A DNA stretch of 64,000 nucleotides from Lama glama (Eukaryota): assembly GCA_028534125.1 (NCBI GenBank), contig CM052817.1:103418001-103482000 (forward strand), written 5' to 3'. Of this stretch, positions 1 through 12,619 are shown in pieces. The translations under genes and the position numbers were made by a program. The notes beneath the pieces are model-generated. The model did no database searches. It had not been told where the DNA came from and was given only the letters and a program-made list of their open reading frames with translations. Positions within the stretch are counted from its first letter, which is position 1; every line of letters starts with the position of its first letter.

Positions 1-248
1 AACTTTAGGTGAATGAGAAGAAGTGCAGGGCCTCATTGAGGGGGTGTGGGGGTCTCTTGTGGGGACAGCAGGTAGTCGGAGAAGACTTCCTGAGGGAGTG
101 ATGTTATTTCATTCAACAAGTACCTATTGGATGTTTATATGGACGACATCAGTGAACAAAGCAAAGACCTTCAACCTTCATGGAGCTTATGTTTCAGTTG
201 AGGACACAACTGACATAAAAATTAGAAGATTATACAGGATGTTGGAAG

Positions 249-590
249 GTGGGATGGTCAATTTCATGGGCCAGTTGGCTCGGGTATGATCCTTAGTCAT
301 ACAGTCAAACACTAATCCAGGTCTTGCTGCAAATGTTATCCTACATAATCTGGGTAGGCCTGCTCCAATCAGGGGAAAGACCCTAGGAGTGGAACTGAGG
401 CTTTCCTCAGAACAAGAAAGCCCCCCTGTGGACTGCAGCTTTGGCCCATGTGGGCAAGTCCCAGTCTCCCCTTCCTGACAGAATGCTTGGTGGATTTTGG
501 ACTTGCCTGACCAGCCCCCATAGTTGCATAAGCCAGCTCCTTGATATATCTCCTTCTGGTTCCACTTCTCTAGTGGATCCTTGACTGGTG
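249..590 (+). mobile_element. Old ERVL (MLT2-like) solo LTR
   Basis: Begins ...gatggtcaatttcatgggccagttggct...caaacactaatccaggtcttgctg, resembling the MLT2 5' end; diverged. Confidence 0.6.
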
Positions 591-801
591 CAAAAGGTGA
601 TGGGGTACCAGAGAGGCGGTAGTGCAACACGACAAGAGGGAGCATGTTGTAGTATTAAACAGGAGAGTCAGCTTAAGTTTGACTGAGAATGTGAGATTTG
701 AGTAGACTTGGCAGACAAGAGGCAGTGAGGCAAGTCTGTTCCTTTGGGACAATCAGTCTAGGCAGAAAGAACTACTAGAACAAAGTCGTTAAGGTAGGAA
801 A

Positions 802-803
<2 letters not shown>

Positions 804-831
<28 letters not shown>
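804..831. repeat. (TG)n microsatellite
   Basis: ~14 TG units next to a SINE tail. Confidence 0.95.
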
Positions 832-834
<3 letters not shown>

Positions 835-840
835 CCTTAT

Positions 841-915
841 TAGAGGCACTGGGGATTGAACCCAGGATCTCGTGTGTACTAAGCATGCGCTCTACCACTG
901 AGCTATACCCCAACC
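841..915 (-). mobile_element. tRNA-derived SINE (camelid-type)
   Basis: Reverse complement of GGGGTATAGCTCAGTGGTAGAGCGCATGCTTAGTACACACGAGATCCTGGGTTCAATCCCCAGTGCCTC, with A and B boxes. Confidence 0.85.
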
Positions 916-1126
916 TTCCAGCAGGAAACTTTGAAGAAGGGGGCCAGTTTGGCTGTTGCAGAGTAAGAGTGGGGAGCAGGAGAGGAGATCAGAGAGGTAA
1001 CGGGCAGGGGCAGAGGTTTAGACCATTGTAAGGACCTTAGATTTTACTTTGAGTGAACCAGAGAATCATCGCACAGTTTTGAGAGAAGGGTGCATAATCT
1101 GACTTATGTTTTTAAAGGATCATTTA

Positions 1127-1830
1127 CTGTGGAAAACAGTATGGAGATTCCTCAAAAGACTAGGAATAGACTTACCATATGACCCAGTAATCCCACTCCT
1201 GGGCATATATCCAGAAGGAACTCTACTTCAAAAAGACACCTGCACCCCAATGTTCATAGCAGCACTACTTACAATAGCCAAGACATGGAAACAGCCTAAA
1301 TGTCTGTCAATAGATGACTGGATAAAGAAGAGGTGGTATATTTATACAATGGAATACTATTCAGCCACAAAAACTGACAACACAACACCATTTGCAGCCA
1401 CATGGATGTTCCTGGAGAATGTCATTCTAAGTGACGTAAGCCAGAAAGAGAAAGAAAAATACCATATGAGATCGCTTATATGTGGAATCTAAAAAAAAAA
1501 AAAACCATAAATACAAAACAGAAACAGACTCATAGACATAGAATACAAACTTGTGGTTGCCAAGGGGGCGGAGAGTGGGAAGGGACAGACTGGGATTTCA
1601 AAATGTAGAACAGATAAACAAGATTATACTGTATAGCACAGGGAAATATATGCAAGATCTTGTGGTAGCTCACAGCAAGAAAAGAAATGTGACAATGAAT
1701 GTATGTATGTTCACGTATAACTGAAAAATTGTGTTCTAAACTGGAATTTGACCCAACATTGTAAAGCGACTATAACTCAATAAAAAATGTTAAAAAATAA
1801 AATGCAAGAGTTTTAAATAGATAAAAAAAT
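1127..1830 (+). mobile_element. 5'-truncated young L1 (ORF2 C-terminus + 3'UTR + A tail)
   Basis: ORF 1106..1492 matches the L1 ORF2 end ([10 protein letters not shown]...CTPMFIAAL...WYIYTMEYYSA); TSD aaaggatcattta at 1114-1126 and 1831-1843. Confidence 0.95.
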
Positions 1831-2269
1831 AAAGGATCATTTATATTTGAAAAGATGACTATGCTGAAAACAGACCATGGTATGGAGGATATAAGGGCAG
1901 AAGCAGGGAAGTCCAAAGAAGTGTTCTAACAATCCAAGCAGCAGGATGCTTGGACTGAGTCTCAAAGACAGACTTGACATGCAGGTGGTTCACATTTGAC
2001 TGCCTGCTGCCTATGCCATACCAGTTCTGAAATATTTTTAATATCCCCCTGCTCGAGGGACAAGTAGGAGGTAGGCAGTGAATGCAGCCATGAAAGTTCT
2101 AGTCACGTGCAAAGGCACAGGAGCGTAAGAAGGATCAGCATGTTCACAAGTCTCCCAGACCACCAGTACGGCTTGAACCACTGATACAGAATAATAAGTA
2201 ACTACAGACACAGGCACATACCTTCTGTCAGACACTTTTCTAAATACCTTTCACGTACCATAGAAAAAC

Positions 2270-2770
2270 TCAGTGGACTTTGTCTATTGCTACAAAACAA
2301 ACCACTCCAAAATCTAATGACTCAGTCACCACTTACTGCTCAAGACTGTGTAGGTTGACAATTTGGATTCAGTTGGTAAAGTTCGTCTCTGCTCTGTCTT
2401 GTGTCAGCTGGAATCTTTCATGTGTTTGCACTCACTTGGCAAGTTAGGGGAGCTGGCTAGTCCCAAATGGCCTCATTTACATATCTAGCTGTTGATTGAA
2501 GGGGTAGGGGGAGTGGGGTCAGCTGGACAGATGTCCCTTATCATCCAGCAGGTCAACCCAGGCTTCTTCAGGTGGTGACTGGGTTCCAAAAAGCAGCAAA
2601 GGAGGGAGGGCAAAAACTCACTGTGCAGGTGTTAGCAAGACTGCTTCCTTCATTGGCCAAAGCAGGCTAAGTGGCCAAACCAAAACTCAGTGTGGGAGAG
2701 GATTTCCTGAGGTCATGGGTTTTCCTGAGGTCATGGGTTCAGGGAGGCATCACTCATCGGGTTTGCCATT
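2270..2770 (-). mobile_element. Old MaLR (MLT1-like) LTR
   Basis: Motifs tctattgctacaaaacaaaccactccaaaatctaatgactca...cattggccaaagcaggctaagtggccaaacc typical of MLT1; diverged. Confidence 0.55.
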
Positions 2771-5245
2771 ACTTCAGCAACCTACCGTCTTTGCAGAAAC
2801 CCTGTGAGGTAGCCTGTTAACGCTGCTAACATCCCCATTTTCCAGATGAGGAAACTGCAATCCCCACAGGTACACGGTGTAGTAATCACTATCCAGCAGA
2901 GGCAAGGTCAAGGTCCAGGCTCCGGAGACAGGGGAAGCTGGGCAGTGAGTGCAGACGCGGTGGGGGGGGGGGGCTGGGCACTGGAACGCTGCCCAGGTGA
3001 CTGCAGACTGAGGGCAGGTAGAGGCAGCGGTGGGTGGAGGACTTGTGGGAAAAGGAGAGAATAAAGCTTTAGCCCAGAAATGGAGTCCGAGTCCCAGGCT
3101 GGGAGAAAAGCCAACCCTGAACCAAACTGTAGAGGCAGGTGGAGGCGTAAACCAGTCAGCTCCGGAGAAGATGCTGAGGGCGGAGCGAAAGCGGAGCATC
3201 CACGTCGCCGCGGACAAACTGGGAACACTTGAAAAACCGTATCTAGTTTTGTAGCAGTTTACCTGGAATCACAGGCATCTCAGCAGAAATAAAATTCTGT
3301 TTTACTCCTCTTTTGTGAGGGTGCGGGTGTCTGTAAAAACCGGGAACAGTGAGTGTGCCGAAACACCAGGGAGCAGCTCTGAGCAGCTGAGAGTATTTAT
3401 AGATGTCGAGCACACGAAGCACGCCCACGTCACACACCCGCTCCCAGGAATCCGGGAGGAGGCGGGGAGAGTACAGGGGGTACCCGGGCGGTCTGTACCC
3501 GACGCGGGGGTGTGCCAGGCATCACCATTTAAAAATCCTCAGGAGAACCTGACCAGGGTTTTACCAAAGCTGTAAGATGCATAATGGGAATGCTTGTAGA
3601 AGGAATTAGTTTGAATGCAAGATTTTTCTTCCTTCAAACACAGGCTGTGACATAATCTGTCTGAATCTCTCAGGATGGAGACATGTCTGCTGTGACCTTA
3701 GGTGAATGGATTGCTGAGAGATTGCCAAAGGGTTGCAGCTCTTTTTTCTACTCCATACAGTTCTCTACCATCACTTTGAACAATAAAATATATGGATTTT
3801 ATGATCATGAAGTCTTTTAAAAAAAAGTAATAAGCTCTCTAGACAGAGCTGTCTGGTTCTGTTGGTGTAAAATGCAGAGGGGACCACATGGGGGGCCAGG
3901 AGGGGGACCAGAAGGCACTCCCCTGACACCCTGGGCCCCCAAATTTGGGAAAGTGTTAAATTCTGAGAACGCATTTCAACCAATAATAGTCTCTAAGCAT
4001 GAAAAACAGGGGCTTTGGTGGCCTTTTGATTTGGCATCTTTAGTGGCAATGGAGACATACATCATTTATCAAAAAAGTCATCACTTTTTCACTCAGCAGA
4101 AAAAAAAAGGGGGGGGAAAGAAATTACTGTAAGACCCAGACTGAGAACAGATAATACAAAAGACTGAGGGCATCTGCTTTCCTGTCACTAACGCAGTGAG
4201 GTGCACAGGGCAGAAAAGTTTAGCAGAGACTCAGAAATGTTCCCTGTGGGAGTAAACACAGGGACGTGCTGGCCTTTTCCAGACCAAGCAGGCCTCAAAG
4301 TTTTTAACGCACCAGACATCTACTGAGCACCTGCTCTGGGCTGCTGAATGAGCGGGGAATTCACCAGTGGGCCAAACACTGCCTCTTTGTTTTATTTTGT
4401 TTTGGTCTATCCCTGTTCTGCCACTAGTTCCTTCAGACATTTGATGGGTGGTGGAATTTTTTGTTTTATTGCAAATCTCTTACCTCTGATTTCTCAAGAG
4501 GAGAAGAAAAGACAGATTAATAATGCTATCTCTTGGGAAGTTTTCAGTGACTCACTCGCCAGGGTTTCTAAATTCACAGAAGCTCACTGACAAGAGAAGA
4601 CATCTCTTTCTCTGAGCTGTTAATCCTCCTTTAGGTATAAACCATCTTCTCTTTTTAACATGATTTCATAATGAGCTCTCTCTTAGCATAATAATAGCAA
4701 AAGTTAGAGTGGCTTCTTTCCCACTTTTAAATTCTCTGTCAGTCACTCCACATGACCGCCGTGGCTCTGTGACACCAGCAAAGTCACGCTGTGTCCATGA
4801 CTGCCTGGCACTTAGAGGGGAACCAGAGAAAAGATGGCTCGCACAGGTCCTGGAATTTCTTTTTTCTTTTTAAATCGTAACATAGAGCTAATAGAATGCT
4901 TGAGGGGAAACCTTAAACAAACTAGAGCCTGGATTCATAGGAACAGGGAGACATAAAACAGGTAGACTTTATGAAGGTTATTTATTGAAAAGAAAGAAGA
5001 AGGGATGAGGCCAAGGCATATTTCATTATTTTCCTGTTCTTTCCCTTCCAGCAAGGCAACCCTCAACATAGAACAGCCTTCTCAGCCTGCACAACCATCT
5101 TCTTGTGCAGTCCAATCTGTCTTAAAGGAGAAGTGCACCTCTCTCCTCCAGCACCAGCAGGCCTCCGCTGAGCAGCAACCCAGGACGGAAAGGTTAGCAC
5201 ACCAGGACAAACACCACAGAACAACACAAAACTGTTGCTCTTTCA

Positions 5246-5810
5246 TGGAAACAGCCTAAATGTACATCGACAAAAGACTGGATAAAAAAGCTGTGATATA
5301 TTTTTAAATGGAATACTACTCAGCCATGAAAAAAGAATAAAGTAATGTCATTTGCAGCAACATGGATGGACCTGGAGATCATCTTTCTAACTTAAGCCAG
5401 AAAGAGAAAGAAAAATACCATATGATATCACTCATATGTGAAATCTAAAGAAAAAGAAAAAAGAAAAAAGAACTTATCTATAAATTGATTAGCTTATCTG
5501 TAAAACAGAAACAGACTCACAGGCATAATAAACAAACTTACGGGATGAGAGGGGAGAGAGGGTGGGAAGGGATAAATTGGAAATTCAAGATTTGCAGATA
5601 TTGTAAAATATACAAAACTGTATGAAAAAGGCATTTCTTCTATATAGCACAGGGAATCATATTCAATATTTTGTAGTAATCTACAATGAAAAACTATGAA
5701 AATGAATATATGTGTGTACATGTTTGACTGAACTATTATGCTGCACATCAGATATTGATGCAATGTTGTGAACTGACTATACTTCCAATAAAAAATAAGT
5801 AAAACAAAAT
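5246..5810 (+). mobile_element. L1 3' fragment
   Basis: catggaaacagcctaaatg...tggaatactactcagcc...ttgcagcaacatggatggacctggag...caataaaaa; degenerate TSD aactgttg(c/t)tcttt. Confidence 0.9.
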
Positions 5811-6504
5811 AACTGTTGTTCTTTTACATTCAGACAGAATTCAGGAATCTGCAGAAATTCAGAGGTGAAAGAGACAAATTTAAGTTAAGAAAAACTAGGA
5901 AGGGGTAACAAGCGGAATGGCTTTTGAATTGAGCCTTGAAAGATGGGTAGGGCTTCCACGGCAGAGATGTGGATAGAGAGATAAGGATCTGCTTCTCTGT
6001 GTTGTGAGCTTGTGACTCCGTCTTCCTGAGATTCATTCAGTATCTTCCTCTCTAAAAAGGAGGCCTGGAGGGTCTGGAAGCTTCTGCCAGCTCCGCTGGT
6101 GTTCAGCATGCCATTTAGAGTCCAGTTGAACTTGGGCTAATATTTGCCTGGATCTTGTCCAAGTTCCCACTCACCTTCCCTTTCATACCACTTTTTGTCT
6201 TCCTCCATTTCCTCCCTTTTATCCTCTTTAAATTGCTAATGGAATGATCACAGCTTACTTAAATCTACTTGTCAGCACTGCGACAAGGATGCTGCAGACA
6301 CGAGCCACTGTTCAGGGCCCCGTGTGACACTGACTCTCAGTTTGCAGGCTTCAGGGGGAGCTGCCTGTGGTCCTGTCCCCTCCCACCTTCTAGAGTCTCC
6401 TTCCTTCTCATAGTCACTCTCAAAGAATGTTCTGGATCCTTATCTTTGTCTACACCATTTCCCAACACATTGCTTCTGTGGAAAAAGATCCAGATAAGTA
6501 CTTA

Positions 6505-7350
6505 TTAGCTAAAGAAACCCACAAAATTTTCCCAAATCTTGTTTAATGTTGTAAGGAATGTTCTAGAGAAGCTAAAATCAAACACTAAGGAACTGCCATC
6601 TGGACTGTCTTCCTCACATGACACAGTTACCATTCTTGTGTGAGAAAAGTGATAATAAGGACACCAGTAATAGCTCATCAAATCAATCTCGTTCAAGAAG
6701 GTTAGGATACTTCTAGCATGGCAGGATCATGACCTTTGTACTTTTTCTGAAGAAAGTGTTTGCTAAGTAAATCATTAATTAAAAAAAAAATCCAGAGGGA
6801 ACTATTAGCCTTCCTCACTCTGGAAATTCTGTGGCAGCATTTATTTGCATGTAAATGATAACAAATTAAGAATGATTTTTTGATCAGTCTGTTAAAAAGG
6901 TCCAAACTTTCTCTCCTTGAAAGGTTTGTAGGAATTAGCCCATATACCAGGGGACCTTTAAAATACAAACTTGTAGATCCTGAGAAGAACTTCATAAAAT
7001 CAGACTTTGATTCACTTGAATTTCCAGACATTTATTCAGCATAATCGTGATAAAGAACTTTATCCACCAACTGATGACTTTGAACTAAGCATATTTTAAC
7101 CCAGATAAATCAACCTGGACAGACATCCTTGCCTAGTGACCAAGTGAACCACACTGGCTACAAAGAAAGGTCATGAGAACCCCAAGAAGACACAAGCGTT
7201 CTCCTTCCAGAAATGACTGATAAAATAACCCTTCATCCATGGGATAGAGGTGAAGTGTCCTGTTTGTTCTCCAGGGAAAGTATTTCTCTAACAGTTCAGA
7301 GTAGTTACCGTGCAGCAAATAAATGTGTGTTCCTGCTCTGCTATTTGTCC
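6505..7350 (-). pseudogene. Exon 8 (last coding exon), split across three reading frames
   Basis: Acceptor tgtgtattactcag| phase 1: (G)TNSRAGTHIYLLHGNYSELLEKYFPWRTNRTLHLYPMDEGLFYQSFLEGERL... / ...HQLVDKVLYHDYAE*MSGNSSESKSDFMKFFSGSTSLYFKGPLVYGLIPTNLSRRESLDLFNRLIKKSF...NDLLSKHFLQKKYKGHDPAML / LTFLNEIDLMSYYWCP...FSRTFLTTLNKIWENFVGFFS*. Corresponds to three consecutive minus-strand track ORFs (7133..7402, 6702..7031, 6505..6696) in different frames. Confidence 0.78.
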
Positions 7351-7537
7351 CTGAGTAATACACATATTTGATTTCTATTTGTAATTCTAGTTTTGGGGGC
7401 AATAGACTTGTTACCTTAAAATACTGACTCCTTGTACATTGTAGTGAACAGCATTTTTTATTTATTACTATACACTTAATTGTATGGTGATTTATTCTTA
7501 GAGGTCCTGTTCTTCTCCATAAACTTAAAATTCAAGT

Positions 7538-7735
7538 ACATTTTTTTAATGAAAATATAGTCAGTTTACAATGCTCTATCAATTTCTGTACAGTATAATG
7601 TTTCAGTGATACATATACATACATATATTCATTTTCATATTCTTTTTCATTATAGGTTACTACACGATATTGAATATAGTTCCCTGTGCTCTACAGAAGA
7701 AATTGTTGTTTATCTATTTCATATATACTAGTTAC
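7538..7735 (-). mobile_element. L1 3'UTR end fragment
   Basis: T-run then tatagtcagtttacaatg...ttccctgtgctctacag, antisense copy of the L1 3' end seen elsewhere in the window. Confidence 0.85.
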
Positions 7736-9383
7736 TAGAAAACTTTTCTTAATTTTCTCTCTCTCCCCCATCTTCTAGAGCTTGTGTATGGGCTTCTCTC
7801 TCTCTCTGTCTCTCTCTCTCTGTCTCTCTCCCCACCTCCTCCTTTTTTTGCTCTCTTTACTTCCCCAGTCACCTTTAGGCCCTTAACCTTTCGGAACTGC
7901 CACTTGGCAAGAGTTACATTTCTCTGTCTCGTTTCTCAAAGGCATTGCCCACGATTTCAACTGAACTCTGCCTTTCATGAAGCTAATCAAGTCACAGAGC
8001 CCGCCTTCCAAATTCACAGCTTGCTGAGGAACAGACAGGCGTGGGAGGGGAGGAAACTGGAACACCGGGTACTGGCAAGATCCCCCCTGTCCCTCTGTCA
8101 CCTCTTTCACCAAGAAAATGTTCTTAAGATCCCAGCCAAACGACAAGCTCTTTTTAACCCTCCTTCTTTTATAATAATTTTCAGTATTTATTACTGCTTC
8201 TCAAGCTTCTTTAACCTATACACCTAATTTTTCCAGAGTTTTACCTTCTGTAGTTTTATTACAAAAGTCAGAGTATTTCCCCCCAAATATGAAATTATAA
8301 TTGAATTCTTCCCCACTTACGTACACCTGGAGAGTCTCAGCTAGTACTGAGTGAGGAGGTTGACCATCTACCCTCCCACATGGCCTCTCTGAGAATCACT
8401 GGTCCACCTGCACTGCTCCCTGGAGCTTGGTTAGTAAGTCTGCCAAGATTGAAAAAGGAATTCTAAAGACTGGTTGTTGTAGTTATCCCGAACTGCAACA
8501 AACCAAGAGCTTGGGCCATAAAATAGGCACTTAATTGGTCCCTGGGGAAACTGTTCAGCTTTCTAAGAGGTTCTACAGTTGGTACTAGAACCGTACAGTA
8601 GTGACTTGAGATTTTGCAGCTAACAAAAACTAGCAGGCTACGGTAATCCTTGTGTTTCCAATCGTGCTAAACGGAATTTAGAGAGCTGTTTGATTAGTCT
8701 AAACAAGTTTTCTATTTTCAATCCCTTTTCCAAAATATGTGGTTCTTCACTTCAATTTTTATACTAAACTGGCTTATGCACATTCCTGAAAAAAATTCCT
8801 GAGCCAGAAGTTAGTGACTAATGGATAAGGCTGAGTGACATGGGAACAATGTGGTAAGCTTCCTTCTGTTAGCATTTCTCTGACCTTGGGGACTCCGGTG
8901 TTGCTAAAGCTGAGGATTATTTGTCATTTTTTTAACCTTCTTTGGCAGAGCATAAAGGTCAAATTTGTCTATGAATTCAAAACAGTGAAAATATTAAAAT
9001 TTACACATGCTTTTTATTTGTGGGACTGTATTTTTCCTTTTAGTTATCAGCATGCATAAAGCAAACACATAGCATTTTCCCCTTTTTTCCTAAAAAAAAA
9101 AAAGGTTATCTTATAATCTCATTAACCCTTACTGCCCCCCTGTGGAGTATGGCTCTCACTTTCTTTTCTTATAATTTCCCTTAAAATTGGGCTGACCAAA
9201 TCTAAGAAATAAAGGAGCTTGTCCAAACTGAACAGTGAAACAATGCTGCAATTGGAAATAGGATTCAAGACAGCAGGACCTAAAACTTCTCAAGATTGTA
9301 ATTGAATATAAAATTTGATGCACCTACATGGTGTCAAGAAAACTTATTTAAGATGTTTTCTTTAGAGGGTTCCTGCTGGCATA

Positions 9384-9421
<38 letters not shown>

Positions 9422-9752
9422 TCATAAATCAGTATGCATGAAAATTTATAAGAAATATAAAGCACACATTTATTTCTTCTAACATTATGGAGATCTTGCC
9501 TAATAGTTGCAAGTATTCAGTAAAGCTTCAGGTCAGAGAGGGGAAAACCAAATCTATTCCTAAATCTATATCTAAATCTATTCCATTTCCTTTGGAACAT
9601 AATACCCTCTTGAAATACATTTGACAGCTCCATCACCAGCCTTTGTTTCCACGATGGTGAACGGTGTATTTGGCCTTGCCCTGATGCTGTGTTTTGACCT
9701 CTAACTGCCAATGTCAGTTTCCTTCCTAAGAGTCAGTGAGGGTTTTCCTGAC

Positions 9753-10098
9753 CTTGCGATACGTTGTTTTTAGATAGTTCACCGCAAGAATACATGCAAA
9801 TTCAAGAGATTTAATTTGACCAGTGAACGTCACTTTTGAGTATAAACGTGATATTTTGGTGGCAGACTGTTTTAAAGGGATGCGGGGTGAACTCTGGAAG
9901 GCCACACTGAGGGATGTATGGAGTTATCTGACTCCATACGGACCACCTCGTTTCCAAAGTACTTGATCCCCACCAGTATCTCCTCTACCCTCCGAGCTTT
10001 TTCACATTTCTCTTTAGACTGAGGGTGTTTCAAGGGAGAAATGCCCTTGACACGATCGCTGCTCCCTGTGCCAGACTGCTAACACGTGCATCGTCATG
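9753..10098 (-). pseudogene. Exon 7: HDDARVSSLAQGAAIVSRAFLP*NTLSLKRNVKKLGG*RRYWWGSSTLETRWSVWSQITPYIPQCGLPEFTPHPFKTVCHQNITFILKSDVHWSN*IS*ICMYSCGELSKNNVSQ
   Basis: Acceptor agctcctttcag|, donor AAG|gtcagg; 346 nt, phase 0->1 with no net frameshift; four stops. Confidence 0.75.
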
Positions 10099-10509
10099 CT
10101 GAAAGGAGCTACACTTAGGGTCAATACATGAAAACTAGCTTACTGTTTTTAAAATACAGTGCATGCTCGATATGAACAAAATTCTAACATAACTGAAGAT
10201 TACAAAGAAGAAAGTAAAAATATATCCAGACTCCCAGAGAAAGCATCTGACAGTGTGGTGAACACCCTCCACATGTTTCTCTGTGCATATCTACACATTT
10301 GTAGACACGCACAATCTTACATAAATGACATCACACAGTGCACACTATTCTGAAACATGCTTCTTTCCAGTCATCTGTCCTAGACACCCTTCCATACCCA
10401 TCATTACAGAACTTCTTTCTTGTCTTACAGGCGGCAGTGGATTCTTCTGAATCGGTATACCATAATTTACTTGATTATCTAGGCTGTTTCTGAATTTCTG
10501 CTATTTTTT

Positions 10510-11050
10510 GGTTCTATTTTATTTTTTTAGTTGAAGTATAGTCAGTTTACAATGTTGCATCAATTTCTGGTGTACAGCATAATGTTTCAGTCATACATAC
10601 ACATACATACATTCCTTTTCATATTCTTTTTCATTATAGGTTACTCCAAGATATGGAATACAATTTCCTGTGCTATATAGTATAAACTTGTTGTTTATCT
10701 ATTTTATATACAGTAGGTAGTATCTGCAAATCTCAAACTTCCAGTTTATCCGTTCCCACCCCCTTCCCCCTCCGGAAACCATAAGTTTGTTTTTTACGTC
10801 TGTGAGTCTGTTTCTGTTTTATAAATAAGTCCGTGTCTTTTTTTTTTTGATTCCGCATATAAGTGATATCATATGGTATTTTTCTTTCTCTTTCTAGCTT
10901 ACTTCACTTAGAGTGACGATCTCTGTGTCCATCCATGTTGCTGCAGATGGCATTATTTTATTCTTTCTTATGGCTGAGGAGTATTCCATTGTGTGTGTGT
11001 ATATATATACACACACACATACATACCACATCTTTATCTAGTCATCTGTT
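10510..11050 (-). mobile_element. L1 3' fragment
   Basis: Antisense L1 3'UTR/ORF2 end (ttgaagtatagtcagtttacaatgttg...catccatgttgctgcagatggc). Confidence 0.9.
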
Positions 11051-12619
11051 GAATTTCTACTATTTTAAACAAAGCCACAATGTGTATCCTTCCTGTGATA
11101 TTTGTTCTCACATATTCATTTCTTTCTTTTGAGACTTTTAGACATATTGCCAAACTATCCTCTAGAAATCCCCACCAGTAAGACATAAAAGTATCCCTTT
11201 CCTGAAATCATCTCCACCTCTGAATGTTATGAACCTTGTAATAATTGTCAATTAGACCAAAAACCGAAATTTCGTTGATATTTTATTTGGCTAGTTTGAT
11301 CCTAATAAGGTTAAACATCTCATATGCTTATTGATCATTTAGATTTCTTCATTTTGTAAATTTCCCATTCATTTCTTTTGTCATCTTTCTTTTGGTTTTT
11401 CCCCCTACATATGTATCATATATAAATTTTTTTTTATTTTCAGCCTTTTGTTTTGCATCATGTTGCAAAACATTTTCCCAATTTGTCATCTGTCTTTCTC
11501 CCTTCTTTATAGCATAAGTTATCAGTTTGCTTTTTGTTGGGCTATGTGCAACACAAAACTTTAAAAAGTCAAAGTTACTAATTTTAGCCTTTTTTGGTCT
11601 CTGATTTTTTTATGACATAGTTTTAAAACTATGTTCTGAAGGGGGAAAGAGTTATCCATTTTCCTTCTGATACTTCCAACATTCCGTCTGTCACACTTCT
11701 ATCTGTGATCCATCTGGAAGGTATTTGTGCATAAGGAGTTGAAATCTTGGTCTGTTTTGTTTTTTCCAGATGGCTGATCTGCTGTCCCAAACCATACTGA
11801 GTGGTCTTCTTTTTTACCACTTTTTTGAAATGCTAACTTTATCATATAAGTTAGTATGTATGGCTACATCCAGCATAGTGATTAAAACATCGTATTTGGA
11901 GTCAAACAGATCTCAATAAAGTCTGATTATTTTCTTCATATAGCACTTCTTGTTAAGGTTTTATAAGAATGTACTTTACATTTTTGTTGTTATCAAAATT
12001 GATGTGTTGTCTGCCAATGTATTTTCTAACTAAGTATTTTTAAAGTATAAGGCAACTATTAATTTTGTATATATAATTTAAAATCTATTGCAAAAATGAT
12101 AGTTTTGCTGCTTCTATTCCAGCTCTTGTTTGATTCCTTGGCTTGATACATCAACAGCACCTCTATTTTATTCCTGATTTAATAAGCTGAGAAAATATTC
12201 ATCTAATTCTACTTAATAAGTATTTCATTGGAAATGGATGTTAAATTTTATTAAATGCATTTTTTGGCATCAATCAAGATAATCGTATGGTTTCTCTCCT
12301 TTGACTTATTAATATATATATGGTGAATTATATTAATAGTCTTTTAAAAAGCTATAAGCTGCATTTGCATTTCTTGGAATCAGTCTTTCTTGGTCATGCA
12401 GTGTCAGTCTTTTACTATACGCTTGGATTCTGTTCAAGATATTTTTGCTTTTACAATGTGATTGTAAGCAATGTATCTTAACAGTCCCATCATTATTTTG
12501 GTCCTACTTCGAGTAGTAAATTCAAAGTCAATTCATTGAAAATATTGCACTGTTATAAAATGAAACTACTATCACATCTTAAGCAATAGTTTAATTACAT
12601 TAAAATTTTGAAGTCACAG

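Noticed and set aside
1106..1492. 128-aa ORF (and similar ORFs at 24871, 30656, 53262) as host genes
   Set aside because: L1 ORF2 fragments within truncated elements.
6505..7402. Endogenous viral element interpretation of the frameshifted ORFs
   Set aside because: No recognisable viral motifs, and a phase-matched splice acceptor ties it to the upstream exon chain; a database search is needed to exclude it fully.
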